Shown: piece after piece, positions 1 to 14,874 of the stretch | How positions within the stretch are numbered: the stretch's first letter is position 1 | Layout of the letters: every line of letters begins with the position of its first letter | From: Octopus vulgaris | Lineage: Eukaryota | Direction of reading: 5' to 3' | DNA length: 64,000 bases | NCBI GenBank assembly: GCA_951406725.2 | Contig: OX597819.1 | Coordinates: 19,096,001 to 19,160,000 of the forward strand | Notes under the pieces: model-generated | Database searches by the model: none | Told to the model about the DNA's origin: nothing | Seen by the model: only the letters and a program-made list of their open reading frames with translations | Position numbers and translations under genes: made by a program

Positions 1-287
1 AAACTTGACACACACATAACCCAATGTCATAATTCAAAACTAACGCAGCGAAAATTTTGAAAAGTTCCCCCAGTTCTGAAAAAAATCGATAAATTCGACA
101 TGGGGTCGAGAATCAGAAACCCAAACCACAGACCGTCTAGGGGACGCAACTCCACCTTTTTTAACTCTCAAAAAAATTTACCATCATTTTTTTTCCATTT
201 TTTTGCTATTTTTTGGCTATAACTCTCTAAAAATGCTTTATAGTTATTTCCCTTACAAACCTGAGCAACGCCGGGCGATACTGCTAG
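1..287 (+). mobile_element. Non-autonomous Helitron, 3' portion (5' end lies outside the window)
   Basis: Ends in ...cctgagcaacgccgggcgatactgCTAG|T, a GC hairpin shortly before the CTAG terminus and followed by T. The last ~68 nt are almost identical to the 3' end of the element at 48248-48760. Confidence 0.7.
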
Positions 288-1183
288 TGTATGTATATAT
301 ATATATTCTGTGTTGTTTTTTTTTTTCCATTATTTGAACACTTGAGAAGGAGATTTGAATTCATTTTGTTATCAAGTGAACGCAAGAAAGCATAAATATT
401 TTTTTTCTGGGTTTCCTTGCAAGTTGAGAAAACGTTCAGAAATTATTTTCGGACTTGATATTAGGCCTGAAATTAGGCAAATTCATAAGTCAACTATTGA
501 CTATTTTGCAGTGTGAAATATGGTATTTTATTAATTCTACTTCCCCAAAACTGGCATACAACCACGTTCTACAAAATCTTCGTTTTTCAAACTTCACTCC
601 AAAATCTCAGTTTACGGCAGGAATCCGTTATGAAATTTAACTTGAAGCGGGATTCAACGTACCGGAAATTGATTGTTCCCACACTAGATTTTTAACACAT
701 TACTTAGAAATACTTAAAACCTATGTATCCATGGTTGTTTGTTGACACTCTGCGTCCGGTAACTCTCAGTGTTGATGCTTTCTCGTGGAACTTTACGTTA
801 CTGTTGTTCAAACGACATTGTTCGATATTTATGTAATGTATAGAACAGGTTCTTATGTAGCCCATGCGCTGCTTTCAATGTGAATCAATATCTTCGTTGA
901 CATGTATGTGTCTAAGGAACACGTTACTGTCACCCGCTTCGCTAGAGCGAGTGTCAACCATAAATGATTTTCGTGAAAACGAAGCCATTAAAACTTATAT
1001 AAGTTAATCTGAAATATAATCTGTGGAGAGAAAATCGTAAATGAAAGAAAAACATAAAATGGAGGTTTAATTGACAATTTAACACGTTTTAACATGTGAC
1101 TCAACGTTGACTTCGAAGGTACATACTCGATAAAATATCCGTACCACAGGAACCAACAGTAATACCCAAATTATAAATCAATA

Positions 1184-1605
1184 TACTCTTTACTCTTTTA
1201 CTTGTTTCAGTCATTTGACTGCGGCCATACTGGAGCACCGCCTTTAATCGAGCAACTCGACCGCGGGACTTATTCTTTTGTAAGCCTAGTACTTATTCTA
1301 TCGGTCTCTTTTGCCGAACCGCTAAGTAACGTGGACGTAAACACACCAGCATCGGTTGTCAAGCAATTCTAGGGGGACACACACAGACACACAAACATAC
1401 ACGCACACACACATATATATATATATATATATACATATATACGACGGGCTTCTTTCAGTTTCCGTCTACCAAATCCACTCACAAGGCATTGGTCGGCCCG
1501 GGGCTATAGCAGAAGACACTTGCCCAAGGTGCCACGCGGTGGGACTGAACCCGGAACCATGTGGTTGGTAAGCAAGCTACTTACTACACAGCCACTCCTG
1601 CGCCT
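1184..1605 (-). mobile_element. tRNA-derived SINE, family 1 (full length)
   Basis: Reverse complement of 1987-2402 and 49092-49510. Has an A-box/B-box-like head, a CORE-like gtggcaccttgggcaagtgtctt motif, an internal (TA)n(TG)n tract and an (aagagta)n tail. Confidence 0.9.
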
Positions 1606-1986
1606 ATTTTTTTCTTCATATAATGAGCAATAATATATATATATATATAGTTAAAAAAATTTAAATGCATAATTCATACCAAAATGAGACGTGTGGTACT
1701 AAAGAAAATAAAGGGCAGTATAGGTTCGACGGAAAACGTGTCAAGGCATGATAAATCTCATCGAGCAGATGTTTCAATCGGGAACAACCTGTATTTTGTT
1801 TATAATTACACTTTCCTATTTCCTCCAGCGTCATTTAATATGTGTGGTAATTACCTTGCATGTATATACCCATGATATTCCTAATACCATCATCTTATCT
1901 AGTGAAACTCATTTCATATTGGTTCATCGGTGCTCGCCAAATGGAAATACATTCAGAGTGATAAAAATCTAAAATGATTTTGTTAT

Positions 1987-2402
1987 AGGCGCAGGAGTGG
2001 TTGTGTGGTAAGTAGCTTGTTTACCAACCACATGGTTCCGGGTTCAGTCCCACTGCGTGGCTCCTTGGGCAAGTGTCTTCTACTATAGCCTCGGGCCGAC
2101 CAAAGCCTTGTGAGTGGATTTGGTAGACGGAAACTGAAAGAAGCCTGTCGTATATATGTATATATATATATGCGTGTGTGTGTTTGTGTGTCTGTGTTTG
2201 TCCCCCTAGCATTGCTTGACAACCGATGCTGGTGTGTCTATGTCCCCGTTACTTAGCGGTTCTGCAAAAGAGACCGATAGAATAAGTACTGGGCTTACAA
2301 AAGAATAAGTCCCGGGGTCGAATTGCTCGATCAAAGGCGGTGCTCCAGCATGGCCGCAGTCAAATGACTGAAACAAGTAAAAGAGTAAAGAGTAAAAGAG
2401 TA
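1987..2402 (+). mobile_element. tRNA-derived SINE, family 1 (full length)
   Basis: Head aggcgcaggagTGGTTGTGTGGtaag...GGTTCAGTCC, internal microsatellite, tail aaacaagtaaaagagtaaagagtaaaagag. Three near-identical copies occur in the window. Confidence 0.9.
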
Positions 2403-3311
2403 TAGCTGCTACTACAGTTCTTTGTGTTTCTACTATTGTTATATTTTGTCTGTTTGTTGATTTGTATGTTATTATTTTTACTGTTAATGCTTTCTTTAAT
2501 CGCCTTTAATCCTCATGAAGTTCATGCAAGATAAACGAACTTCAACTGGTGACCAAGCCCAACAGTTTTTACGTCTAAATCTGTTTGATCTAATGTTTAT
2601 TTCCTTTTTGTTTAGAATCATATTCATTGAATTCTTGGAGATTTTGGTTGTTATATACACAGGTCTAACGACAGTCACTTGCTTACTTCTACGTTGAGCG
2701 AAAGTTTTGAAATGCTTCATTAAAGATAATTATATAGGCATTCAACATTCATTTTGTTTCATTTTGTTACTGATTGCAGTCATGGGACTACGGCAAAATA
2801 TGTTTTGTATTTATGTGGTCAAACTCCTCCCAAGAAGGACTCGAATTCAAGATGTACCGAGACAACAAACGAAACCGAATTCTAAAGAGCAATACGAGCA
2901 GGAGTTTCCTTCGCTTTGACACCATATCGTCTTTCTTTTTACAAACGAAACATCGGTTGTCGTTTAAGCTCCAGCGAGGGCTGAGTGCCTCTGAGGCTAA
3001 ATAATTTCATCTATAATCAATTCATTATCTTTCCAGATATTTCAACTCTGAGTAAATGAACTTCTTTTTTCATAACGCAGAGTGTAATTGAAGCGAGATG
3101 TGGCTGCTATTTCCGCTAATTACTTCAACAACATACAATCTCATTCGTTGGCACGTTCCGGTTACTTCATATCTTTATATTTTATGAAGAGATACATTCA
3201 AAGACTGCCTTTAGTTTCATACATCTTACTCATTGTAATATATGGCTCAATGATTTAAATTAAAAGTTGCTGATAAATTAAACGTTGTATTTCTCATAAC
3301 AGGACAGACAG

Positions 3312-3360
<49 letters not shown>

Positions 3361-3744
3361 TATATATAAGCATTAATGACGTAACTGTCTGAGACAAAAT
3401 TATCGCAATTTATAATTAGAATTCACTTCACGTCTTAGTGGAAGAATTTACAATGAAATTTTAACTTCATTATCTATGATATTCATTGATGAATTTCGAA
3501 AGCATGTGGCCTGGTGGATGGGTCGTTCAACTCAGGGTTATAGAGTCATGAGGAGACAGGAATTTAGTGAGCAACTGAAGAGTGATTAGTCATGTTCCGA
3601 AATGAAAACATGAACTCAAAACATTTATATGCGTAAATGTGCAAACGGTAGCACGACGTCAATCACACACATTCATACACACGCTTACACATACACACAC
3701 AGATAGACAGATAGAAATATTGATAGCTGGACAGAAAGAGAGAT

Positions 3745-3786
3745 AGCTAGCTAGATAAATAAAGATAGATAGATAATTAGATAGAC

Positions 3787-3881
<95 letters not shown>

Positions 3882-3960
3882 ATAGACGGACAAATAAATA
3901 GATACATAGATAATTAGATAGATAGCTGGATAGAAAGACAGATAAATAGCTAGCTATATA
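3745..3960. repeat. (AGAT)n microsatellite and degenerate flanks
   Basis: Directly visible tandem agat repeats. Confidence 0.95.
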
Positions 3961-5055
3961 GATATAGATAAGTTTCTTTATTGACCACACAGGGCTAAAC
4001 ACAGATGAGCTTTTCTTTTGGGGGATGAAGAAAACAAAACAAAAAGGGGGTGGCGTAGGTTTTCGATCAAGAGGGATCGTAAAAGGGAAGAAAAGAACAA
4101 AAAAAAAGATATATAAATAGATAGATAGACAGATAGACAGACAAACAGCTAGCTAGCTAGATAGATAGATTAAGAGATAGATAGATAAATAGATAGATAA
4201 ATTGATAGTTGGATAGAATGACAGATAGCTAGCTAGCTAGCTATACAGAGATACATAAATCGATAAGCAGACAGACAGGTAGGCAGGTAGAAAGATAGAT
4301 AGCCAGGTATAATTTTATATATAAACTCACACACGCTCATGGATGTATGTGTGTGGATGGGGAATAAGTATAAACTGTATTCACAGAAAGCAACATGTTA
4401 ATACCGTTATAAATGTTTCAGACATTGTGGATGCGCGCGGCTGATGATCGTAAGATTCTTGTTTCGATTTTTGACCGAATGAGGTGTTGCATGTGATTGA
4501 CAAGAACATTTCTTACCACAAAACCACGTCTGAGATTTCGTGCTATTGTTTTTTTTTTTCTTCTTTTTAGTGTTAATATAAACAAGAGAGCCACGGTTAA
4601 ACTGGTTGTTGACTTTGAAGCTCGCGTATACAGATTCTATACTTAATTAGCCCCGAAATTAACACCTCCGAAAGCCTCTTAGACTTTGAATGGGGTTTAT
4701 AGACGTTATCTGTCGTAAAATCACTTTAAGATATAATGCCTTTTATCACAGATATAATGGGAGGCAGCAATGCGTATGATGTTCTTCAAAGTATTTAGCA
4801 TATATTTAATAGAGTCAACACAAGAACCTTTCTATGATCGGTCCCACATGCAACGTATAACACCCATATGTTCACAGTCACGGCACATCTTAATGGTACA
4901 TTCAGTATTGAAACCCTGTGCACACTTGTCTGTGGTTTTGTGGGTGCAAAATGAGTGAATACGCATGAGGGTCGCTTTGCAACCATCGAAACCCGGGTTC
5001 TGTCTCTCATCTACGAATCATGGCTGAAGACACATTTCTGTATATCATGGGGCGT

Positions 5056-5375
5056 GAAAACGCGTCGTATAGTGTTTCAGGTATTCGGCTTACGATCGTT
5101 GAGTCTTGAGTTCGATTGCCCGCGGGGGGTGGGGTGGATTATTCTGTCTTTTAGCACAACACACTTTATTTTACGTTGGTCCAGTTCACTCAGAAGGCAA
5201 AAAGGATTCGTCATAGGGTCAGCCTAATCGCATTTTCTGTCACATGGAAATTGCTAAGCGTATCTTTATTGCTGAGCGTATCTGTGTAGTACTCAGCCAG
5301 TTTCATGCTGCATGCTGGCTGTTCCGTTGATCGGATCAACTGCAAGACTCGTCGTCGCAACCGACACAGAGTGCC
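5056..5375 (+). mobile_element. Degenerate tRNA-derived SINE, family 2a
   Basis: Aligns by eye to 28649-28963: gagttcgatt B-box, acactttattt.acgtt, and tail gctgttccgttgatcggatcaac...cgtcgtcg.aaccgac. Confidence 0.75.
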
Positions 5376-6279
5376 AGTTAAGATTGTTAGCTTCACCCAC
5401 GTATTGATCATGAAATTGTAATTATGTACAAGCATGTTGGATAGACTGAACGTGTAATACAAAGATCCGGGCTTGCCAAGTTCAGTTATGGAATTCCCGC
5501 GTGAGAATTTCATAAAACTGTTTCAGGAATATTCATTCCAATTGCATGCTATTTGTGTGAGTGACATATGTCATTAGATGCAGAAAGTGGAAAAATATTT
5601 AATTAGGATGGAAATGTCTGGTAATATAGGATAGGTGGCAATGTAAAGCCTAGAGTCATGGGTTTGATCGTAGATTTCATACCTGGTGCTAAACAATGAT
5701 CACGAATAGAAAAAAAAAATTCTAAATTACTTAAAATGTGTTTCCATGAGTATCGAAACCACATTTAAGATTTGTTCTTTTCTCAGCAACGAACAACTAA
5801 ATACGCTAAAATTCTAAAAAAACTACTATAGGAAACTAATCATTTACCACATAGTTATAAAAAAATATCTCACTTGATAACTATAGTCTGGTGACATTCT
5901 ACAGAACAGTAACTGCATAGTCATGCAACTAGATTGATTAATTGAAGTTTGTCTCAGCTCTATCGCCATCAAACTTCGATAAATATTCTGACGTTGCTAT
6001 CGTTGTTTATGTTCTTCTTCTGCTTGTTGTTCTTGTTTTTGGCATATACTTTCAAGATGATGTTTTCCTTATATCTTTCTCGTCTAACTTGCTTATATTT
6101 ATTTCCGTTTTATTCTCCGTTTTATTTTCTCACTTTAAGAAGAACCTTGATTGCTAAGATCGAATTTGCCCCCAGAAGAAAATAAATATCCACATAGACA
6201 CAGGAACACACAGCTCAACCCTCTATCACTCACACACACTGACATACACAAACTCATACACGTTATATATATGTATATG

Positions 6280-6790
<511 letters not shown>

Positions 6791-7145
6791 TCACGTATGT
6801 AATCAAATTTTGATAGCAATATCATGATTTAGCTAAGATATGAATATTTTTGAAACGAAAAATCTGATCGAAATTCATGAGCGTTTAGGCTATTTTGGTA
6901 TCTAAATACGTCTGCAGCTTACACTATCTTCAGGCAGTTCCTCACTGTTCAATCTAAATTTATTTATCGCTTCCACCCCCATCACCCCACCACTACCGCC
7001 ACCACCGCCACCACCACCACCACCATCATCATTCCCCCCACCCAACTTCTCAAATGCTTTATCTATTGCTGTTTAATTTAGAACCAGTTTATCTTCCCTT
7101 CACTAATGTGAGAAAATGATATTACGATTCACATTCGTTTCCTCA

Positions 7146-7146
<1 letters not shown>

Positions 7147-7218
<72 letters not shown>

Positions 7219-7250
7219 TTATTATTGTTGTTGTTGTTGTTGATGATGAT
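7147..7250. repeat. (TAT)n(TGT)n microsatellite
   Basis: Directly visible. Confidence 0.95.
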
Positions 7251-8125
7251 GTTTTGTTTGTGTTGTCATTAGTTTTAAGATTATTAGCACGAGCATTTCG
7301 TATTAGTATTATTTATCAGTATTTTTATCTCTTCGAGTTAAATATAATTGATGAATGATCCTGTTTAGATACGATTGATTCATTTACTGTGACTAATTCT
7401 AATTAAAATCTTGCAAAAGACTGAAAAACAACAACAACTACTAAAGCAACGGCAATAGCAACAACAACAAAATGTAATAGAAAAACAACACTAACACCAC
7501 AAACAACAATAATAACATAATTGAAATAATAAAACGTAAATAGATAATAAAAAAAACGGAGAAAAATAAAGAAGAATATTATTAACTTTAGTTTCGTCTT
7601 ATTTTGAGACAAAATCAGATTTCGTTGATTGGAATAAGTTTTGTTTTGCAATTTACCTGTTCTAATCTAACCTGCTCACAGCGGTTGTTGGCAAGTTAAA
7701 ACAATACAACGTAAGCGTGCGTCAGATTTACCTTTAATTGTCATTATAAGCGTCTCCAATGTAATCAGTTCTTTTGTTACTTCATTATCTTATACTTGCA
7801 ATTATTATTTTTTTTGCTTTTATTTCTTAAACAGGATGAAACCGTGACAACTTTGCCTCTGTTTTTATTTTCGGAACTTTGGTTTTGTTTATTTTTCGTG
7901 CATTTTTATGTGGATTTCTTTTGACTTGTTTTGTTTTTATCGTATTAATATAGATTGTGCAAAGGTAACAGTCTATTCGCTTAATACATAGCTTCAATGA
8001 CAATATAATTTACTTGCAAACAGAAGAAATAGTAATTTAATGCCACCATAATATATCACATTATTTAGCTGTTATTATCACATAGTTTGTTTTATATCTC
8101 ACGATATTTCATGTGTGAATCACTA

Positions 8126-8160
<35 letters not shown>

Positions 8161-8164
<4 letters not shown>

Positions 8165-8437
8165 TGTGATTACTTGGACAGACCAGGCTATCAGATGTTG
8201 TTACACATCACTGTTCAGAATGCGCTTCGCATTGTTTTAGCCTTCAAATGACGCCACCCCGCTGGCTAAGCGAGCTAGCCAACAGATGAAAGAGTGAGAG
8301 AAAATTGTGGCGAAAGAGTACAGCAGGGGTCGCCATCACCCCCTGCTGGAGACTCGCGGAGCTTTAGGAGTTTTTCGCTAAATAAATACTCACAACGCCC
8401 GGTTTGGGAATCGAAACTGCGATCACACAACCGCGAG
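8161..8437 (-). mobile_element. SINE with family-2b head and middle but a different 3' tail
   Basis: 8290-8437 matches 39090-39235 (aaagagtacagca...ggagctttagg...gggaatcgaaac). 8161-8285 is unrelated to the family-2 tail. Confidence 0.75.
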
Positions 8438-11400
8438 ACCACGGTCTCGGCATTTAACGGAAGGCCAGAGTGTCGTAGGCTTACTCATTACCAGGTGACT
8501 CGACTGGGGCAACAGAAAATAGGGGTTTTACTCAAGAACAAAGCGCATCACATGGTCGGTAATCGAAACCAACATCACTTGATGACACGCCTTCACATGT
8601 GTAGAGAGGTAACTGAGTTATATTCTCTCACACATTTTGCTGGTTTCCTTTATCAGTATCATTACTCTCCTTTTATATCTACACTAAGAGATCATCTATA
8701 ACCCTTCCCAGTTGAGCGGAATATTTTCAATGTTATTATCACTAAACATTCCTCAAAGCTTTTGCTTGTAGGTTTTGAAAGTAAGATCGATTGTCATTTG
8801 CGTCGCACTCTTCTTCCGAAAATTTCGATTGGTTGCTTAAACTACTAGGTTTGATGGTTTTCGTATGTCCCGGCAAAGAGTAGACAAAGATCAAACTACG
8901 GTTATTTCACATCATTCTAACTCTAGCAACGAACTGGCAAAGTCGTTCCACTACCTGGCTGTAGGTTTAGGAAGATCATTTTATAGCAACGTGATTTTGT
9001 GGATTATTGCCATTGGGCGGCACAAAGCATAAGTGTTTTCTACTATGTCTTCGAGTTGATCGATCGAAACAGTGAACTACATCATGCGTGTATACGTTTA
9101 TATATATTTATATATATATATATATATATATATCAAATGAAAGACGGTTGTCGTTCTTTTCCTTTAGGTATTTAACGACCCCAGCAGAGCCGTTTCAATA
9201 AATTTGCCCTTCGAAACATCTCCCAGCATTTACCTGACACGAACTAATTATATTTTATAAGAAATACTTATTAAATACGGGAACTCATCTGACATTTGAA
9301 AGAAAAACCTTTTATGGGATGTTTGTTGTAATGATATAGAAAAAGGGCAAATTTAGTAACGAAACAATTGAAGCAGTTTTAAGCAACGGAGGGAAAACCA
9401 AAGAATAGGGCCACCAAGTACTACAGTACCCCACTAAAACTCCAGTAAAACCGAAGTTTTACTGAATTCGCCTATCTTATTAGCATTGAGTCCACCTATC
9501 ATTAGATATCGTAGTGTTATTCCTTATAATCGCTTAAAATTGATAGTACCATTGCAGCATTTTCAAATGTATGTAGTTATCTTTCATTGTGCTTTCATGT
9601 TTTTCTTTCCCGCTCCTTCGCAACAAATATGAATTTGTGTTTATGAACATACGCACGCACGCACACACACACGCATGCACACATACTCGTACGCACGCAC
9701 ACACACACATATGCACACAAACTTACACTACCTATTACGTCCCATTCGATTTTAATACCATTTTCTCTACCGTTTAGTACTTGGTCAGGCCGGTTTTGAG
9801 TAAAATTTCTCTGCTATTTCTAGCAGGTCAAATGACGGCGTGTGGGAGCCATGATGGCTATTTTTTCTTTCTTTTTGTTTTTTTGCTTCATTTCTATAAT
9901 TTTCTGATTGTAATACATTGTCATATTTACTTGCTTTCCACTGCTGTCTTTTGTGTGTTTCACTGTTAAATCACTGAAACATATAGGAGTGGAAAACATT
10001 TCTACAAGAGAAGAGAGCGAGCGGCGGGGGGAAGAATGTGGGAGGGAGAAAACGAGTGAGAGATCAGAATGATAGAAGATGGAGGAGGCAAGACGTGTTT
10101 GCATTGTTTGTTGTTCCTTCTTCTAAACTAGACAAGTAATAACATGACATTGAAAGACGAGGAGCAAAGCTGGAGATATTTATACAATATATTGATGATA
10201 TATGCAATATTCCTAATGGATATTTTACAATAAACTGAGTGGTTTTCATAGAATAACTACTTTGATATATCATAAGTCAAAATTACGATGACGTTTCTGT
10301 ATTACTTTTATAAAATGCAAGCTAATATTGAACAATTTATTTCAATTACTGAAGCTATAAGTATTGTGATCAAATACAGAAGATTATTTCTGCATTTCTC
10401 ATCAATCGCTGTTGATCTCCGGCGAGAAGAATTGATCCTCATAAATCGGCTTGTTCAGATTGATAGTAAATATATCTTGCTTTCGTTATGTATTTTAGAT
10501 TCTGTATAATTATTATTATTGAGAAACCTTTCTATAATATTTACTAATTGCAACGCACTCACAAAGCCGATATTACAACCGAATACTGCCATAGAAAACC
10601 ACATACAAGTGATGATTATGTCTCAACATGTCCTACATAAATGCTGAAGAAACTATATTTTCTCAAGTAATAAATAAGATTGCAATTGTTTTCTGCCAAC
10701 AAATGTCCTTCATATTGAATCATGCTATAAAATGCCCGGATTTTTACCGTTGTTTTTGTCTATGTGCTACTTTCTTTTCTTTTTATTATTCTTCCTACAT
10801 CAATCAGCGTTAATTATACGTGATTGGTCTGTAGCCAATTTTAATTAAAATTGTTGCAAAAGTACGAATGCCTTTAATACAGGAATGCGCAGAAGCGAAT
10901 CAGAATATTTGTTTGAAGACGTGTTTTCATGAAAAGCAATGCCCTTTCGCCGAAGAGGAGATAAGGAACGGTGAGAAAATAAGATGATTAAAATAGTACA
11001 GAAAAGAAAGTTTTAATGGAAAAGAAGATTGAATTTTTTCTCAACTTCTTTTATTTAGCATTTTAAATTTCATTGAAAAATTGAAATATAGTAAAGTAAA
11101 AAAAAAAAACTTAGTGAAAAACAAGCCAGGAATATCTGAGGAAAATAAAATAGTTGAAAATGTGTCCAAGTCGGAAAAGGTTCTTAAAAGATGAATAACG
11201 CGTATGAAAAGGAAAAGAGTGAATAAAAACCTGTAAGCTATTTAAATCAACAAAGGCAAATATTTCTTTGGAAAATCGAAAAACTGATCGGATTATTGAA
11301 AATTGTCAAATAGAAGAGTGGTAAACAAGGTAAAGACGAAGTTTGGAAAGGTTTAGCCGAACAAGTATGCACTACAAAATAGAATGGCAAAGAAGAAAAA

Positions 11401-11515
11401 TATAAAAGAAGAAACAATACTAGAATCAAATAGAACATATGTCACTTTCTTTTTACAATATTCTGAGAAAAAGAATTTATTCAAATATATACCTGTGTGA
11501 GAGAGTGGGTGAATA

Positions 11516-11735
<220 letters not shown>

Positions 11736-12294
11736 TATACATACGTACATATACATGCATCCAAACACGCAAACACACACTTACAGACGCATACACCCAT
11801 ACATACATAGATGTGTGTGTGTGTGTGTGTAACTGGAAACAAGTAAAAGAAATTCTGATGCCACAAAAATAAATAACCAGATTCTTTCTGGTTTCGTTGC
11901 TGTTGCAATTTCTTTAGTATTTTTTTCGTTTCTATTTTTTAGCTGCTTCCTTTTTATCGATTTCTTTTCATCCTCCATCTGCTGTCTGTACATGACCACC
12001 TCCTTCTGCACATCTCATCTACAACAGACCAATCCCTTTTCTGATACAAAGAAACATAGCGATATCTACTGACCTTAATTCAAAATGTTTTGCAACATAA
12101 ATGGAATTGACGCAGCAAAATGGAGATATTAATGGATAAAATTGAAGGTGAAAGAATTGTTATCACATAGCAATGAAGTTGCAGTTTGCATGGCACGACC
12201 TGTGAAACATAGAACGAGTAATTTATAGGGGCGGTTTCGATATATCTTCTCTCAAATTTCAATGGCATTATATATAATATTGTTTGAAAGATGG

Positions 12295-12670
12295 ACAGGC
12301 GCATCTAAACGATGGGAAGTTTGTTTCTTAATCACATGATTCCATGTTCCGTCGTATTGCCTGCCCCTTTGGGCAACTGTCTTCTACTAGCTTTGTGTCT
12401 GTCAAAGACTTTTAATGGATTTGTGAGCGATAATCGAAGGAAGTCCGCCGTATATGTGTATGTGCGTGCGTGCGCATACATAAGTGTGTGTGTGTGTTAG
12501 CGTGTGTGTCTGTGTGACGGAGTCTGTACCTGTCCACATGTATCACTTGACACCCGCTAATGGTGTGTTTGCGGCTTCGTCACTTTTGGCAGATCTGGGC
12601 TCCAAAATGTTTCAAGATGGTCCCTAACTATGGCCATAGTTTAATGGATGAAAGAAATATAAGATGAAAG
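12295..12670 (+). mobile_element. Degenerate SINE, family 1
   Basis: Retains cacatgattcc, ttgggcaactgtcttctacta, the internal TG tract, cttgaca..cgct..tggtgtgttt and tatggcca..gt..aatg in the family-1 order. Confidence 0.65.
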
Positions 12671-12898
12671 TTTAAAAAATAGAGTTTTCTCCTCACAGGA
12701 GCAAATATGCCGAGATTTTATTTGGTAGAATATAGCATCACTGAGATAAAGGGTGTGCTATTATGAATGACGTGTGAATATACGCACAAGCAGATCAACA
12801 CACGCTCACATGCTCATACAAACAGCTAAAACACGGCATACACACATTGAAATATACAGACTTACAGACGACAGTCAATGTGTGTGTATATATATTTA

Positions 12899-13205
12899 CC
12901 AGACCGGGCGTTGCAAGTGTTTATTGAGCGAAAACACCTAAAGCTCCACGAGGCTCCAGCAGGGGATGGTGGTGATCCCTGCTGTACTCTTTCACCACAA
13001 CTTTCTCTTACTTCCTGTTTCTGTTGTACCTGTATTTCAAAGGGCCGGCCTTGTCACTCGCTGTGTCACGCTGAATATCCCCGAGAACTGCGTTAAGGGT
13101 ACACGTGTCTGTGGAGTGCTCAGCCACTTACACGTTAATTTCACGAGCAGGCTGTTCCGTTGATCGGATCAACCGGAACCCTCGTCGTCGTAACCGACGG
13201 AGTGC
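12899..13205 (+). mobile_element. SINE, family 2b (5'-truncated)
   Basis: Near-identical to the reverse complement of 38893-39205. Its 3' half (gtatttcaaagggc...aaccgacggagt) is shared with 28649-28963. Confidence 0.85.
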
Positions 13206-13722
13206 TTCCCATATATATTTACATACCTTCCTTTCCACTATCAAAAAATTATTTGCAGTAAAAATTATTTGCCAAATAGCATCTGATTTTCTAGTTCGAT
13301 GCTTCAGAGATGACTTCTCTCTGTCTGTCTCTCTATGATATATGAATATTTTGTTTTTAAACACAAGCCATCCTTACGGGATCGAACATGAATACCGCAA
13401 TAATTTTTTCTTAACGTGATGTATGTACGTTTATCATGATGTGTTTTTGCCTTTTTAAACTAAAACTGCTTTTGTCAAATATAATAAATTTCTAATTGCT
13501 TATTCACTATTCTCATGAATCAGGAAAGATACAGAAACAGCCGAGGGAGGGCGCCACTTCATATTGACTAGATACTGCGACAGCTTTAGTTTCAAATACC
13601 CACATCCCTTCAATGTCCTGACCTAAAGCCTGAAAGATCTAGATCGTGCGGATGGAGGTTTCTTCAAAACAATACTCGTTCTCCTCCTGTCAAGGGATCC
13701 AGATGAACCTATCTCACTACAA

Positions 13723-13756
13723 GAGACGCTGATGAGGGGAAATACCCTTGAAACTC
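13723..13756 (+). ncRNA. Degenerate hammerhead-like motif (probable PLE relic)
   Basis: CTGATGA-gggg aaata ccct-t-GAAAC core with stem II. No recognisable stem III, cleavage triplet or stem I partner. Confidence 0.3.
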
Positions 13757-14874
13757 CTTCATTCGCCAAATGCTATACATCACAAGAGCTTTCAAGTAGC
13801 GAAAGTTTTACAAAGCTAACGGCCGTGCACCAGCTTGGCCGTAACTCTCGAGCTGAGACTGATAAACCAAATATTATTCGTGATGTGACCCGTCTGTCAA
13901 AAAGCTATCAGAGAAACTGACAAGAAGCCATGGACATATTTGAACCGTAAGAAGAGGTCCCCGTCTGCTGCAACATCCGAAAGGAGAATATACTTCAGCA
14001 TCATATTGTGCGCATAGAATTCTTAGGGAAACATCAAAGGGGACATCTAAGGTTAATACCTAAAACGAATCTGGTCACAACGACTCGACTCAAATATCAC
14101 CGTTGAAAGAAGCATCATAATCTCTTCAGGAACAATTGAACACACTTTCCATACAAACCACACATTGCTGAGACCACCTCCGACACTAAAATGGATTAGT
14201 ATCCATGGCATCAAAGAATAGAGCATCAAAGAATACAGTAAGAAAAGACATCAAATATTCCGGATACGGTCTGAAGTCTTTGAAGATGGGTGGTCACATA
14301 GATAACGTTACGCATTCTCTTCTTTACTTTTTGTTCTGCTCTGTAGAATTAACTGTTTCTACAAAAATCTGTAGAATTCGACGAATAAATATTATAATTC
14401 CAACTGAACTTTCAGATGAGATATTTATCTAAACTGTGCAATGCATTTTATATAGTGAAGGTGTGACAAAATATGTGTAATACACAATTCTTCAATAACT
14501 GAACAGTGTTTAAAAAAAAAAGAACAAAGAATATAGGAATAGGTGAATATTTGTACTTCTTTATATAAGTACAAAGTGTGTAGAATTTAATGAAGAGTAT
14601 AGAGATAACAAAAAAAAAAATGAAGTGAAATATACCAGAGCCCTATGTTGGCTTCGGTCGACGAAACTTCGAGTTAACTGCCATTTCTATTCTTTTACAG
14701 AATAATAAACTTGTTCTCTGCCTAAACCATTGTGTAACCCCTAGTAGAACCTCAGAGGTAGTTATTATACAAACGAGTGGTAATCTTCTAGATAATCATC
14801 GGGCAACGTTAAATTATTTCGATTGAGGTACATTTGGGCCTATGAGTTGCCGGACAGTTTTCTTGCAGTCTAAG

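Noticed and set aside
1356-2222. Recurrent ORFs MSSNARG.../...EDTCPRCHAVGLNPEPCGW (also at 49037-49352)
   Set aside because: They are antisense frames of SINE family 1 and recur only because the SINE recurs.
2496-2720. Minus-strand ORF faintly like a PLE endonuclease C-terminus (ILNKKEI...RRK)
   Set aside because: The diagnostic CxLC motif is not recoverable, so it is too weak to call without an HMM search.
7810-7860. Polypyrimidine tract plus cag as a splice acceptor
   Set aside because: No convincing downstream exon frame or donor; such motifs are common in AT-rich DNA.
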